A stretch of 64,000 nucleotides of DNA, taken from positions 48,250-112,249 of the forward strand of contig DFOH01000041.1 in assembly GCA_002376545.1 (NCBI GenBank), written 5' to 3'. The stretch is from Firmicutes bacterium UBA3546. Its GTDB lineage: Bacteria; Bacillota; Clostridia; Tissierellales; Proteiniboraceae. The notes under the pieces are model-generated. The model saw only the letters and a list, made by a program, of their open reading frames with translations. It was not told the origin of the DNA and did not search any database. Position numbers and translations under genes: made by a program. Positions 37,394-48,194 of the stretch are shown in pieces (the first letter of the stretch is position 1; the number at the start of each line of letters is the position of its first letter).

Positions 37394-38812
37394 TTAAATG
37401 CTTTCTTGTTCTTGACTAGCTGCATTTTCACCACCTACTTCTGGCTCCTTAGTAGATGCTGATAAATATTTAGGTAATTCCATTCCAGCCATCTTAAATA
37501 AATCCTCATATGGTGGTATTGATTTTAACATTCCTGATAAAAAGTTTGCTGTAGCTGGAGTTCCATCACCTTTGCCATTCATAGTGTCCCATACTGTTAC
37601 TTTATCTATCTTAATATTCTTAATAGCTTCAACTTGAGTCTTCACAAGCTCTGGCAGCTTATCAGCTATCATAAGCATAACAGCATCCTTAGAATCTCCG
37701 CCTGCTGCATTAATAAGCTTTTGGAAGCCTTCTGCCTGTTTGCTTAGGATTTCCATAATACCTTGGGCTTCGGCCTGCATTTTAAATAGTATTGCATCTG
37801 CCTCCCCTTTTGCTTGGCGACGAATTCTCTCTGCTTCTGCCTCTGCGGCTATCTCTACCTTTTCTTTTTCTATCTGAGCATGAATAATAACATCTGCTTC
37901 TTTTGTAGCTCTTTCCTTACTTGCCCTAGCTTTTTCTGCCTGCTCCTCCGCTGAATAAGATTCTTCTAGAGCTTTCGCAGCTTGGACCTTTTCTGCTGCA
38001 ACTGCCCTTCTTTCTGCCTCTGCTTTCTTTTCTCTTTTTTCTGCTTCTGAGTTAGCTATAGTAATGTTAGATCTATTTTCCCCTTCTACAGCTGTAGCAT
38101 TGGCTTCAGCAACCTTAACTCTCTCTTCCATTTGTGCATTTGCCTGACCTATTGCTCCATCACGGTCTTTTTCTGCGACATTTTTCTTTGCATCGTTTAT
38201 TGCCTTAGCTGCGGCTTCTTTTCCCAGTGCTTCTATGTAACCTGATTCATCTCTGATATCTGTTACGTTTACATTTATAAGCTTTAACCCAATTTTCTTA
38301 AGCTCAGCCTCAACGTTTTTAGTAACATTTGCAAGAAATTTATCTCTATCTGAGTTGATTTCTTCTATTTCCATTGTAGCTATTACAAGTCTTAACTGCC
38401 CAAAAATAATATCCTTTGCCAGCTCTTGAACTTCTCTAAGCTGAAGTCCTAATAATCTTTCTGCTGCATTAGTCATTACTCCTGGCTCTGTTGAGATACC
38501 TACTGTAAACCGTGAAGGTACATCCACTCTTATGTTTTGGTTACTAAGTGCATTTGTAAGATTTACTTCAATAGATATTGGCGTCAAATCCAAAAATTCA
38601 TAGCTTTGTATTACTGGCCAAATAAAAGCTGCTCCACCATGGATACATTTAGCAGATCTGTAATTTCCATCTGCACCTTTCCCTGTCTTACCATAGACTA
38701 CAAGTATTTTATCAGAAGGACATTTCTTATACCTTCTAAAGATGGCAGCAATAGTACCAAATATTACTATTACTATTACAGTAACTAGTATTACTGAATA
38801 CAATGAATTCAT
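37394..38812 (-). CDS. floT: Flotillin (SPFH/band-7) family protein
   Basis: N-terminal TM, an SPFH domain and Ala/Glu-rich EA repeats (AEAERRAVAAEKVQAAKALEE). Confidence 0.75.
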   Translation of the reverse strand: MNSLYSVILVTVIVIVIFGTIAAIFRRYKKCPSDKILVVYGKTGKGADGNYRSAKCIHGGAAFIWPVIQSYEFLDLTPISIEVNLTNALSNQNIRVDVPSRFTVGISTEPGVMTNAAERLLGLQLREVQELAKDIIFGQLRLVIATMEIEEINSDRDKFLANVTKNVEAELKKIGLKLINVNVTDIRDESGYIEALGKEAAAKAINDAKKNVAEKDRDGAIGQANAQMEERVKVAEANATAVEGENRSNITIANSEAEKREKKAEAERRAVAAEKVQAAKALEESYSAEEQAEKARASKERATKEADVIIHAQIEKEKVEIAAEAEAERIRRQAKGEADAILFKMQAEAQGIMEILSKQAEGFQKLINAAGGDSKDAVMLMIADKLPELVKTQVEAIKNIKIDKVTVWDTMNGKGDGTPATANFLSGMLKSIPPYEDLFKMAGMELPKYLSASTKEPEVGGENAASQEQESI

Positions 38813-38833
38813 ATATTTTCCCCCTTTAAATTT

Positions 38834-39478
38834 CTAATATGCTTCCTCTTCTACTGCATAGCTTTTGGAATGCTTTTCTACTAGAAGAATCTGGTTATTC
38901 ACTACTCCTACAACTTTTATCAATTCTCCCGTCTTTATTTCTTCTCCTTCGGTGGTTGCTTCTATTTCTCTCAATGAACCTTGTAAGGTTATGTTAACTT
39001 TTCCGATGCCACTTCCGTTGGCAGGAATGGTTATATATACTTCACCTATACAATGCATAGCATTTGCTAAGCTCATGGTGCCATTTTCAACAAGCTTATT
39101 TGTAAGATAAAATATACCTGAAACTATTGCCATGACTACTAAGCCTAAAAATACTGATAGTATAACTGTTGCTGCACCGCTTAAATTAGAATTTGCACCT
39201 ACTATCCCTGTCCAACCAAAAACAGTGAAAAATATGATGAAATTTCTTACTGTAAAAAAATGAAATGATGACATACTATCTAAGCTTTCTCCACTGTCAA
39301 GGTCTAAATCATGTGCATCAGAATGGTCAAATATACTGTGGTCCTCTCCGACATCTGTGTCATCATTCATTCCCATGAAGGTTAATATTAGCTGTATAAT
39401 AAAAACTAAGCTAAAGGGTATCGCAAAATACCAAAAAACTTTTTCAAATGCAGGAATGCCATTCCACCATTCAATCAA
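38834..39478 (-). CDS. NfeD-like membrane protein, flotillin partner
   Basis: N-terminal TM helices plus a C-terminal OB-fold-like region. It is immediately upstream of the flotillin gene, matching the yuaF-floT arrangement. Confidence 0.65.
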   Translation of the reverse strand: MIEWWNGIPAFEKVFWYFAIPFSLVFIIQLILTFMGMNDDTDVGEDHSIFDHSDAHDLDLDSGESLDSMSSFHFFTVRNFIIFFTVFGWTGIVGANSNLSGAATVILSVFLGLVVMAIVSGIFYLTNKLVENGTMSLANAMHCIGEVYITIPANGSGIGKVNITLQGSLREIEATTEGEEIKTGELIKVVGVVNNQILLVEKHSKSYAVEEEAY

Positions 39479-39844
39479 GGCTTATCCCTCCTTTATGTAA
39501 AATATATCACTATTGAAACTATATTAAATATTGCTTTTGATTATACTGATTAATATGTTATTTCTATGTCAAAGGCGGAAGTTCCTTCTTTTTAAATTAT
39601 CAAATATTTACCAAGCAAATATCTGACCATAAATATAAAAATGTAAATATGAGCATACATTATTCGAAGATATCACCAAAACTTGTATGGTTCCCAAACA
39701 ATAACATTATCAGCATCACCCCAGTTAGAATAGGCAACAAATGAAGTAAATAGAAATTAGGATAAAAAAGCTCCTCCTTGTAATAAGCAGTTTTATTATT
39801 TAAACTGTCCACACAGGAGGAACATTCATTCAAATATTATTTAT

Positions 39845-41461
39845 TTACCAAACTGCTACCTGTCCGTCTGTCCTCGGTTCTGTAGCACCACATAACACAC
39901 CATCATCATTTCTCCAAATTATCTGACCTCTTCCAAAAGCTACACTGTTTGCCTTTACTACAATATCATGCCCTGCTCTCATTAGCTCTAAAGCCAGCCT
40001 ATTATCAAAGCTTTGCTCTACCTCTATAGTTTTACCTCCAACCCATTGCCATCTAGGTCTATCCAGTGCCTCTTGGGGGTTCATATTATAATCTATAGTA
40101 TTTATCATAACTTGAAGATGTGCCTGTGGCTGCATAAATCCTCCCATGATTCCAAAAGGTCCTACTGGCTTTCCATCCTTAGTTAAAAATCCTGGAATAA
40201 TTGTATGGTAAGGTTTCTTACAGCCTCCGATGCAATTATCTGATTCCTCGTCTAAATTGAAGTTGGCTCCTCTATTATGAAGTGAAATTCCTGTATTAGG
40301 AACTACTATTCCAGAGCCAAAACCCATATAGTTACTTTGTATGAATGAAACCATGTTTCCTTCTTCGTCAGCTGTACATAGATAAACTGTTCCTCCCTTA
40401 GAAGGCTGTCCCGCCTCAGGCAATATTGCCCTATCTGATATCAGCTTTCTTCTTTCCGCAGCGTATTCCTGAGAAAGCAATTCTTCTGTTTTTATTCTCA
40501 TTATTTTTGGATCAGCCACATATTTTTGTGCATCTACAAAGGCTAGCTTTAAAGCTTCTATTTGCAAGTGCGTACTGTTAAAGGAATCTCTTGAGCCTAG
40601 TTCCATTTCTTTTAATATATTTAATGCCATAAGTACAGTTATTCCATGACCATTTGGTGGTATTTCGTATATTTCATATCCCTTATAATTAGTGCTTATT
40701 GGCTCAACCCATTCTGGATAGAAGTCTGCTAAATCCTCTTTAGTAATATACCCGCCATATTTCTTAGAAAATGAATCGATTTTTTCTGCCAATTCTCCAC
40801 GATAGAAGCTCTCTGCCATAGTTTTTGCTATTTCTCTTAAGGTTCTTCCATGGTCTTTTAATGTGACATAGTCTCCAATCTTAGGACAATTCCCATTTGA
40901 TGCGAATGTATCAAACCATGTCTGAAATTCTTCTTTATTTTCTCTTTCCTTAGTATAGTTTCTAAAGGCTGCTGCCCATCCTGCTCCTACCCCTGGCTGA
41001 ATAGTAAAGCCTTCCTCTGCATATTTAATAGCAGGCTCTAGAACTTCCTCAAATGGAAGTTTTCCAAACTTTTTGGATAGCTCTGCCCAAGCAGCAGGTG
41101 CACCTGGTACATTAACTGGTATTAGACCATATTTAGGCATTTCTGTATGTCCTAATTCCTTTAATGCTTTTGCACTTATTGATTTAGGTGAAGGACCACT
41201 GCTATTTAAACCGTGAAGCTTATTTCCTGTCCATACTAGTGCAAAAGCATCTCCACCTATTCCATTGGCTGTAGGCTCCACAACTGTTAGGGTGGCGGCA
41301 GTTGCAATAGCTGCATCAATTGCATTGCCACCTTTTTTTAGTATCTCTAATCCTGCTTGTGCGGCTAATGGATTACCTGTGGCTACCATACCTCTTTTAC
41401 CATAAATTACGTTACGCTTTGATGGATAGCTATAAGTCAATGGATCGAATTTAAATCTCAT
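39845..41461 (-). CDS. ggt: Gamma-glutamyltranspeptidase family protein (no signal peptide)
   Basis: GGT-family sequence with a putative autoprocessing Thr in ...SKGGTVYL.... Confidence 0.7.
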   Translation of the reverse strand: MRFKFDPLTYSYPSKRNVIYGKRGMVATGNPLAAQAGLEILKKGGNAIDAAIATAATLTVVEPTANGIGGDAFALVWTGNKLHGLNSSGPSPKSISAKALKELGHTEMPKYGLIPVNVPGAPAAWAELSKKFGKLPFEEVLEPAIKYAEEGFTIQPGVGAGWAAAFRNYTKERENKEEFQTWFDTFASNGNCPKIGDYVTLKDHGRTLREIAKTMAESFYRGELAEKIDSFSKKYGGYITKEDLADFYPEWVEPISTNYKGYEIYEIPPNGHGITVLMALNILKEMELGSRDSFNSTHLQIEALKLAFVDAQKYVADPKIMRIKTEELLSQEYAAERRKLISDRAILPEAGQPSKGGTVYLCTADEEGNMVSFIQSNYMGFGSGIVVPNTGISLHNRGANFNLDEESDNCIGGCKKPYHTIIPGFLTKDGKPVGPFGIMGGFMQPQAHLQVMINTIDYNMNPQEALDRPRWQWVGGKTIEVEQSFDNRLALELMRAGHDIVVKANSVAFGRGQIIWRNDDGVLCGATEPRTDGQVAVW

Positions 41462-41675
41462 AATACTTACCTCCTAATAAATAGAATCCCCAAAAAAACT
41501 GAAAACATCTATAAAAATCTTAACATAGATAATGTTAGCAAAAAATAGATGTTTTGAAAAGTTGTATATGATTGAATTTGAGGTATAATGTCAAAGCATT
41601 ATATTTTAAAAACATTTATTAAAGGCAATCACATCTTTATTCTAGTTGAAAATATAGTCTAATAATTAAAAAGGC

Positions 41676-41694
41676 AGGTATTCAACGAATACCT
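41676..41694 (-). terminator. Terminator after MFS copy 1
   Basis: aggtattc-aac-gaatacct followed on the minus strand by gccTTTTTaattatt. Confidence 0.5.
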
Positions 41695-41699
41695 ACCCA

Positions 41700-43100
41700 A
41701 CTAGTTTTGCTTTAACCAGCAGTTATTTTTACAAAACAGATTTTAATCTAATAGCATATTAATATTGAATTTCATTTTTGCTTCTACGATAGAAAATAGC
41801 CCATACAATTGATAAAGCCAAGGCTACAACTACTATTGTTAATGCTGTATTGTAACCCGCTGGATTGAATCTACCATCGGCTAGTGGTTCGTATAGGTCA
41901 ATAATCGCACCAATTCCTGATTGAATAACAGTAGACATAACGAATACTATCATATTATAAGTCGTCTGCACACGACCTGATAACTTTGCATCAAACATAG
42001 ATGAAAAAATTGGATATGTAAGTAATGAAAACGGTCCCAATATTACAAATATAGGCCATAATATATTACCATATTGAGGTAAGAGAATAATTAGCCCTAA
42101 AATTGCAGTATATATAGACATTGCAACAATTGTTATAGTAAATACTTTTGTACCAAAACGTGCTTTCAATACGTTAGCACATAATCCATTTATTAGATAG
42201 CCTACTGTAATGGCAAATGCACAAACAAACAGAAGATTTGGAACGGCATCTTTTGAGTAACCTGCAACATCACGATACCATGGTCCAATCCATAAAGAGT
42301 TCAGTGCTAGATAGACTGACTGACCCAATACAGCTACAGGAGCTAATCTCCAAAATCGTTTAGATATAGAGATATCTAATGTTCCTTTTAGCTGCTGTCC
42401 AATGCTTTCCCCTACATTTTTCTCGTCAGGATGACGTGGAGAAAAGTATAGCATAAACGCAACAAATAATGTAAGAAACCCTAATACAACGAACACACCT
42501 CTCCAGCTCATAAATCCTAATGCGGCATTGATTGGAGTAGTAGCAACCATTCCACCAACACCACCAATAAATGATAATAAACTATTGTAGATAGGTAACT
42601 TTTCCTTTGGAAGCCAATCCCCAAATGCCTTGTATGCAGCCATCATACAACCTGATACACCTAAACCCACTAAAGCCCTTCCAATAAACAAGAAGAATAT
42701 GTTTTGAGCTGATGCAAATACAAAACATCCAACAACCCCAAATATCATAAAACCTGCAAGTGTACGTCCAGAACCATATCTATCTAGGCATACTCCTAGC
42801 GGGATTTGCGCAAACGCGACACTTAAAAAATATGCACTTGTCATAATCCCAAGATCACTAGCACTCATACTAAATGTTTGAATGAATGTTGGTGATAAAA
42901 CACTATTAATTGTTCTCAAAAGAACTGACATAAAGAAAGCTAATGCAAAAGGAATAAATAATTTAAAAAAGAAGCTGACAGTTACCTCTTTTTTGTTGAG
43001 TGACACCTGAGCCATTGTGAAACCCCCTTAGCCTTTAATTTTGTTGAATCTATCAGGGAATCCGCTTACCTATTTGAAAGTTTCTTATATATATTTTCAT
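41700..43100. repeat. About 1.35-kb direct repeat, copy 1
   Basis: Covers the MFS gene plus about 60 bp of both flanks, and is about 90% identical in nucleotides to 45095-46490 (copy 2). Confidence 0.7.
41759..43015 (-). CDS. MFS transporter (copy 1)
   Basis: 418 aa, 12 TM, MFS family. About 88% identical in amino acids to the copy at 45154-46410. Confidence 0.75.
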   Translation of the reverse strand: MAQVSLNKKEVTVSFFFKLFIPFALAFFMSVLLRTINSVLSPTFIQTFSMSASDLGIMTSAYFLSVAFAQIPLGVCLDRYGSGRTLAGFMIFGVVGCFVFASAQNIFFLFIGRALVGLGVSGCMMAAYKAFGDWLPKEKLPIYNSLLSFIGGVGGMVATTPINAALGFMSWRGVFVVLGFLTLFVAFMLYFSPRHPDEKNVGESIGQQLKGTLDISISKRFWRLAPVAVLGQSVYLALNSLWIGPWYRDVAGYSKDAVPNLLFVCAFAITVGYLINGLCANVLKARFGTKVFTITIVAMSIYTAILGLIILLPQYGNILWPIFVILGPFSLLTYPIFSSMFDAKLSGRVQTTYNMIVFVMSTVIQSGIGAIIDLYEPLADGRFNPAGYNTALTIVVVALALSIVWAIFYRRSKNEIQY

Positions 43101-43606
43101 GGTTATATTAAGTAATTTTCTAATAAATGATTATTGATTAGAATAGGGACTATCACTATTACTAGCAGATGTTTTAGTAATAGAATATATATACTTATTC
43201 AATGTAAGCAGTATTTCACCTAGTTACTATTAAAAAAGGTTATTAGTTCCCTAGAGTTATAGCGTAACAGAACTTTGCCAAAAAGGGTAAAATATTTCTA
43301 AATATATTTATAGAAAACTAGTATCTATTTTCGTTATCTTGTTCATTTTTTAATGCAATTCTTTTTTTAATAATTTCTTAGTTGTGTCAACTATTTTATA
43401 ACCTAAATCCTTTATAAATATAAGTTCTGAAAATGTATATGAATTATAAGAATTATAGCCAAGGGAACCATGTACAAAATTTTTTTAGAATACTAAACAT
43501 GTGAAATTTTATCTCTTATTCTAGACTCGAATTATATAATATTTTATCACAAATTTTCTAAAAAGTTAGTAATAGATTTCTATACTAGAATTAGAAATAG
43601 ATTAAG

Positions 43607-43637
43607 TTTCCCTGTTTTTTGGTACAAAACAGGGAAA
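43607..43637 (-). terminator. Terminator after the M20 peptidase gene
   Basis: tttccctgtttt-ttggtac-aaaacagggaaa 12-bp stem. Confidence 0.5.
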
Positions 43638-43699
43638 TCATTAGATTAAATAAAACTATTCTTAGAACCTAATTATATATAATAAATCTGTTTAATTTT

Positions 43700-44950
43700 C
43701 TATGCTTGTAAAAAATCATATGCAGATAATGTATGTATCTGTGCAATTTTTACCATCTCATCAATAGAGACATGTTCGTTTGGTCCGCCTAAGCCGTATG
43801 GAGTTAACCCACAGTTTATACTTGGGACACCCTTTCTCAATCTATATATTCTAGCATCAGATGCACCTACACGGAATGTTACTACAACTTCCTCGCCAAG
43901 AACTTCTTCACTGCATGATTTAACAACTTTAAACAAAATATCATCTACATCAGACCAGTTTGCTTCGTATGAACGCATAACAGAATAAGATACATTATCT
44001 ATAGAGGATACTATTTCTTTAAGCTTGTCCTCTATCTGTTGTATGGTAACCCCAGCTGGAATTCTTATATCTGCCTCTGCCATTGCTGATGCAGGAACAA
44101 GATTTGGAGAAATTCCTCCTTTAATGGTGCCAAAGTTTACAGTTACTTTTTGCAAAATTTCCGTTTCACCTGGTCCTGCGCCTACCTCGGAAATTCTTGC
44201 ACCATCTAAAATTGCCCTTCTTACCTTTTCTGGAGCATTCACTTGTAATTTAGGAAGCTCTTCATTTATCATAGATATCGCCTTAATCAAGCTATTAATT
44301 GCACTGCTTCCTTTATGAAGATGTGCACCATGAGCTGATTTTCCAGTAGCTTCTAGCTTAATCCATAGTAGACCTTTTTGCCCAAATCGTAATGCATTAG
44401 GAGCACCTACGTCAGCACAAATCATTGCGTCTCCTGTAGTTTCTGGAACAGTAGCTAGTAAAAACTCTGTTCCTCTAGGTCCCATTGCTTCTTCATCTCC
44501 TGCAAGAGTAAGAATAATCTCACCATTCCATAAGTCTTTTCTTTCTGCTAATATTTTGGATGCAGTAATGAAACAAGCAATTCCACCTTTCATATCAGAA
44601 GAACCACGTCCATATATAAAATTATCCTTTACAATTCCAGACCAAGGGGATTCATCCCAGTCATCAGGATTTCCAACTGGGTAAGTATCTAGATGTCCAT
44701 TAAAGATTAATCTTTTACCTGGCTTGCCACTCTTTATTCTAGCAACAAGATTTCTTACAGGCTCTTCTTGTGTATAATAATTTAGTTCTATACCAGGAAT
44801 CTCCTTAAGAACATCATATACATATTCTGCAACCTCTATTGTGTTAGATGGCGGAGTTTCACTAGGAATCTGAACCATTTTGATACATAAATCTACCATG
44901 TTTTGTTTTTGCTTTAGAATTTCTTCGCATAATTCTTTTCTTAAGTCCAC
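43700..44950 (-). CDS. M20 family metallopeptidase/deacylase (ArgE/DapE-like)
   Basis: HLDTYP, GSSDMKGG and EEAMG motifs, 416 aa. Confidence 0.7.
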   Translation of the reverse strand: MDLRKELCEEILKQKQNMVDLCIKMVQIPSETPPSNTIEVAEYVYDVLKEIPGIELNYYTQEEPVRNLVARIKSGKPGKRLIFNGHLDTYPVGNPDDWDESPWSGIVKDNFIYGRGSSDMKGGIACFITASKILAERKDLWNGEIILTLAGDEEAMGPRGTEFLLATVPETTGDAMICADVGAPNALRFGQKGLLWIKLEATGKSAHGAHLHKGSSAINSLIKAISMINEELPKLQVNAPEKVRRAILDGARISEVGAGPGETEILQKVTVNFGTIKGGISPNLVPASAMAEADIRIPAGVTIQQIEDKLKEIVSSIDNVSYSVMRSYEANWSDVDDILFKVVKSCSEEVLGEEVVVTFRVGASDARIYRLRKGVPSINCGLTPYGLGGPNEHVSIDEMVKIAQIHTLSAYDFLQA

Positions 44951-45153
44951 AAAAGTTCCCTCCTTATATATTGTATTTAGACATAGTTTTATAACATCTA
45001 AAAATACTAATATTTTATTTTTGTTTTTTATTTAGGATATCCTAACGCTAAAATTGAACTAGAGTAATTGGCAAAAGATAGCTCTTTGATTCCTGAAAAG
45101 CTATTAGTTTATTATCTTAATAGCATGCTCATAGATTTTAACCTAATAATCTA

Positions 45154-46410
45154 TTAATATTGAATTTCATTTTTATTTCTACGATAGAAAATAGCCCATA
45201 CAATTGATAAAGCTAAAGATACAAATACTATTATTAACGCTGTTCTATAACCCATTGGATTAAATCTACCATCGGCTAGTGGTTCATATAGGTCAATAAT
45301 CGCACCAATTCCTGACTGAATAACAGTAGACATAATAAATACTAGCATATTATAAGTAGTCTGCACACGACCTGATAACTTTGCATCAAACATAGATGAG
45401 AAAATTGGGTATGTAAGTAGTGAAAACGGTCCCAATAGTACGAATGCAGGCCATAATATATTACCATATTGGGGTAAGAGAATAATTAGCCCTAAAATCG
45501 CAGTATATATGGACATTGCAACGATTGTCACAGAAAATACTTTTGTACCTAAACGTGCTTTCAATGCGTTAGCGCAAAATCCATTTATTAGATATCCTAC
45601 TGTAATGGCAAATGCACAGATAAATAGAAGATTTGGCACAGCATCTTTTGAGTAACCTGCAACATCGCGGTACCATGGCCCAATCCATAAAGAGTTCAAT
45701 GCTAGGTATACTGACTGACCCAATACGGCTACAGGAGCTAATCTCCAAAATCGTTTCGATATAGAGATATCCAATGTTCCTTTTAGCTGTTGTTTAATGC
45801 TTTCTCCTACATTTTTCTCGTTAGGATGACGTGGAGAAAAGTATAGCATAAACGCAACAAATAATGTAAGAAGACCTAATACAACGAACACTCCTCTCCA
45901 GCTCATAAATCCTAATGCAGCATTGATTGGAGTAGTAGCAACCATTCCACCAACACCACCAACAAATGATTCTAGGCTATTGTACATAGGTAGCTTTTCC
46001 TTTGGAAGCCAATCTCCAAATGCTTTATATGCAGCCATTAAACAACCCGATACACCTAAGCCAACTAAAGCCCTTCCAATAAACAAGAAAAATATGTTTT
46101 GAGCTGATGCAAACACTAGACATCCAATAACTGCAAATACCATAAAAATAGAAAGTGTACGTCCAGAACCATATCTATCTAGGCACACCCCTAATGGAAT
46201 CTGTGCAAATGCAAAACTTAAAAAATATGCACTTGTCATGATTCCAAGATCACTAGCACTCATATTAAATGTTTCAATAAATGTTGGTGACAAAACACTA
46301 TTAATTGTTCTCAGAAGACATGACATAAAGAAAGCTAATGCAAAAGGAATAAATAGTTTAAAAAAGAAGCTGACAGTTACCTCTTTTTTATTGAGTGTTG
46401 CTTGACTCAT
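45154..46410 (-). CDS. MFS transporter (copy 2)
   Basis: 418 aa, paralog of 41759-43015. Confidence 0.75.
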   Translation of the reverse strand: MSQATLNKKEVTVSFFFKLFIPFALAFFMSCLLRTINSVLSPTFIETFNMSASDLGIMTSAYFLSFAFAQIPLGVCLDRYGSGRTLSIFMVFAVIGCLVFASAQNIFFLFIGRALVGLGVSGCLMAAYKAFGDWLPKEKLPMYNSLESFVGGVGGMVATTPINAALGFMSWRGVFVVLGLLTLFVAFMLYFSPRHPNEKNVGESIKQQLKGTLDISISKRFWRLAPVAVLGQSVYLALNSLWIGPWYRDVAGYSKDAVPNLLFICAFAITVGYLINGFCANALKARLGTKVFSVTIVAMSIYTAILGLIILLPQYGNILWPAFVLLGPFSLLTYPIFSSMFDAKLSGRVQTTYNMLVFIMSTVIQSGIGAIIDLYEPLADGRFNPMGYRTALIIVFVSLALSIVWAIFYRRNKNEIQY

Positions 46411-47014
46411 TGTAAAACCCCCTTATTTTTTATTTTTTGAACCTTACAAGGAAATCGATTGCCTATCTTATGTATTTTAGTAATGCGTCGTTAGTAAATG
46501 TTTTAATATAAAGTAATATGATTTCTTTAGTAATGTTCTTGTAAACAATAATAGCATATGGTTTACGAAATGTAAATAATTATTTTTCTTATGTTAGTTA
46601 TTTTATTGAAACATATAACAAATAGAAACTTATTGTTTGCATTTAGCAATGTGAATGTTATAATGTTTATAATGCCTTAAATAAATTTAGTAATTTAGAC
46701 ATCAAAATATATCTAGCTCAATTTTGATATCAATTAGCTAACTTTATTTGCACATATCATGTCATTTATTTACTATTTATTCTAGCTGTGGTATTATTTT
46801 TAATGTAAGTGTGAAAGAATACTTGTCTGAAATACGAGTTTTGATTCACCAAATATAATACGGATGAAAAATTGGGGGAAAAGTACACACAAAGGCCTAT
46901 AAAGAATTCATGGTTTTATATTTTGTCTTGATATGTAACTATTACTAAATAAAAATAAGGAGGTATATAGCAAAACTAACATATAGGATTTTCACAAAAC
47001 TGAATATTTCCAAA

Positions 47015-47497
47015 ATGATTGAAAGGGGTATTAAAATTAATATGATAAATGGTCTTGATGAAATTGACAATAAGATTTTGCAGCTTCTTGCTGAAAATGC
47101 AAGGGCATCTTTTGTAGATATAGGAAAAGAAGTTAACCTGTCCCGAACTGCCGTAAAATTGAGAATCCAAGCTCTCGAAAGTAAAGGGATTATCGAAAAA
47201 TATAGTATTATTATTAATCCTGAAAAAGTAGGCAATACTTTAGCTGTCTTCTTTGATATTGAAGTTAACCCAATACACCTTAACGAAGTATGTGATATTT
47301 TAGTCGAAAATCCTTACATTATAAAAATGTACCAGATGACAGGCAATACCAGTTTACACATTCATGCAATGTTAGAGTCTAACGAACATTTGGAGTCATT
47401 TTTAAAAAATGTAATTTATGAACTGCCAGGAATAGTAAATGTAAGATGCAGTACAATTGTCTCAAGAATAAAAGATAGTAAGGAAATTAGAATATAA
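47015..47497 (+). CDS. Lrp/AsnC family transcriptional regulator
   Basis: HTH_AsnC N-terminus (LDEIDNKILQLLAENARAS) plus a RAM domain. The true start may be MINGLDE at 47042. Confidence 0.7.
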   Translation: MIERGIKINMINGLDEIDNKILQLLAENARASFVDIGKEVNLSRTAVKLRIQALESKGIIEKYSIIINPEKVGNTLAVFFDIEVNPIHLNEVCDILVENPYIIKMYQMTGNTSLHIHAMLESNEHLESFLKNVIYELPGIVNVRCSTIVSRIKDSKEIRI

Positions 47498-47521
47498 TAG
47501 CATTATTTTATACTTATTAAG

Positions 47522-47563
47522 AATGCCTCCCAAAATATAATCAACTATATTTTGGGAGGCATT
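47522..47563. terminator. Bidirectional rho-independent terminator
   Basis: aatgcctcccaaaatat...atattttgggaggcatt 17-bp stem between the convergent lrp and chrA genes. Confidence 0.7.
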
Positions 47564-47669
47564 TATTAAGTTCATTTTTATAGAACCTATTTTCAATTTA
47601 CCTGCTCCTTACCATCATAATCCTTCATAAAGATTATGATGGGCGTCTTCAATTGTTTTTAGACTACTG

Positions 47670-48194
47670 CTAATAAATAATATATCCTAAAATCCCTGCT
47701 ACCAATGTAAGTAGTATTGGGTGCATTTTATATTTATATGTTGCAAAGAAAGCCAATGCAAAAAATATAACGCTTTTATAATCTATAAATGTTTCTCTAT
47801 TGATTAACAGCATCATTGCTGATAATACAAGTCCTACTACTACTGGTCTAAGACCTACAAAGGCATTCTCTACATATTTATTATTCTTAAATTTAAAAAA
47901 GAAATTACATATTATAAGCATTATAATTATTGATGGCGCTGCAACTCCTAATGTTGCTAAAGCAGAGCCTAAAGCACTATTTGTAACTGTGTACCCAATA
48001 TATGTAGCACTGTTTATTGCAATAGGTCCAGGAGTAACCTGTGATATGGCAACTATATCTGTGAACTCACTGACACTAAGCCAATTGTTTACATCTACTA
48101 CCTCGGTTTGTATCAAGGGCAGCATAGCATATCCTCCACCAAAGCTAAAAAGTCCTATTTTGAAAAATGTAATGAAAAGTCTTAAATAAATCAT
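47670..48194 (-). CDS. chrA: Chromate transporter family protein (short-chain, second half)
   Basis: 174 aa, about 6 TM, ChrA-family. Confidence 0.65.
   Translation of the reverse strand: MIYLRLFITFFKIGLFSFGGGYAMLPLIQTEVVDVNNWLSVSEFTDIVAISQVTPGPIAINSATYIGYTVTNSALGSALATLGVAAPSIIIMLIICNFFFKFKNNKYVENAFVGLRPVVVGLVLSAMMLLINRETFIDYKSVIFFALAFFATYKYKMHPILLTLVAGILGYIIY

Noticed and set aside
46945-47235. Minus-strand ORFs 46945-47235 and 46976-47170 overlapping the lrp start
   Set aside because: They are antisense to a clear Lrp/AsnC HTH coding region and have a hydrophobic low-complexity translation.
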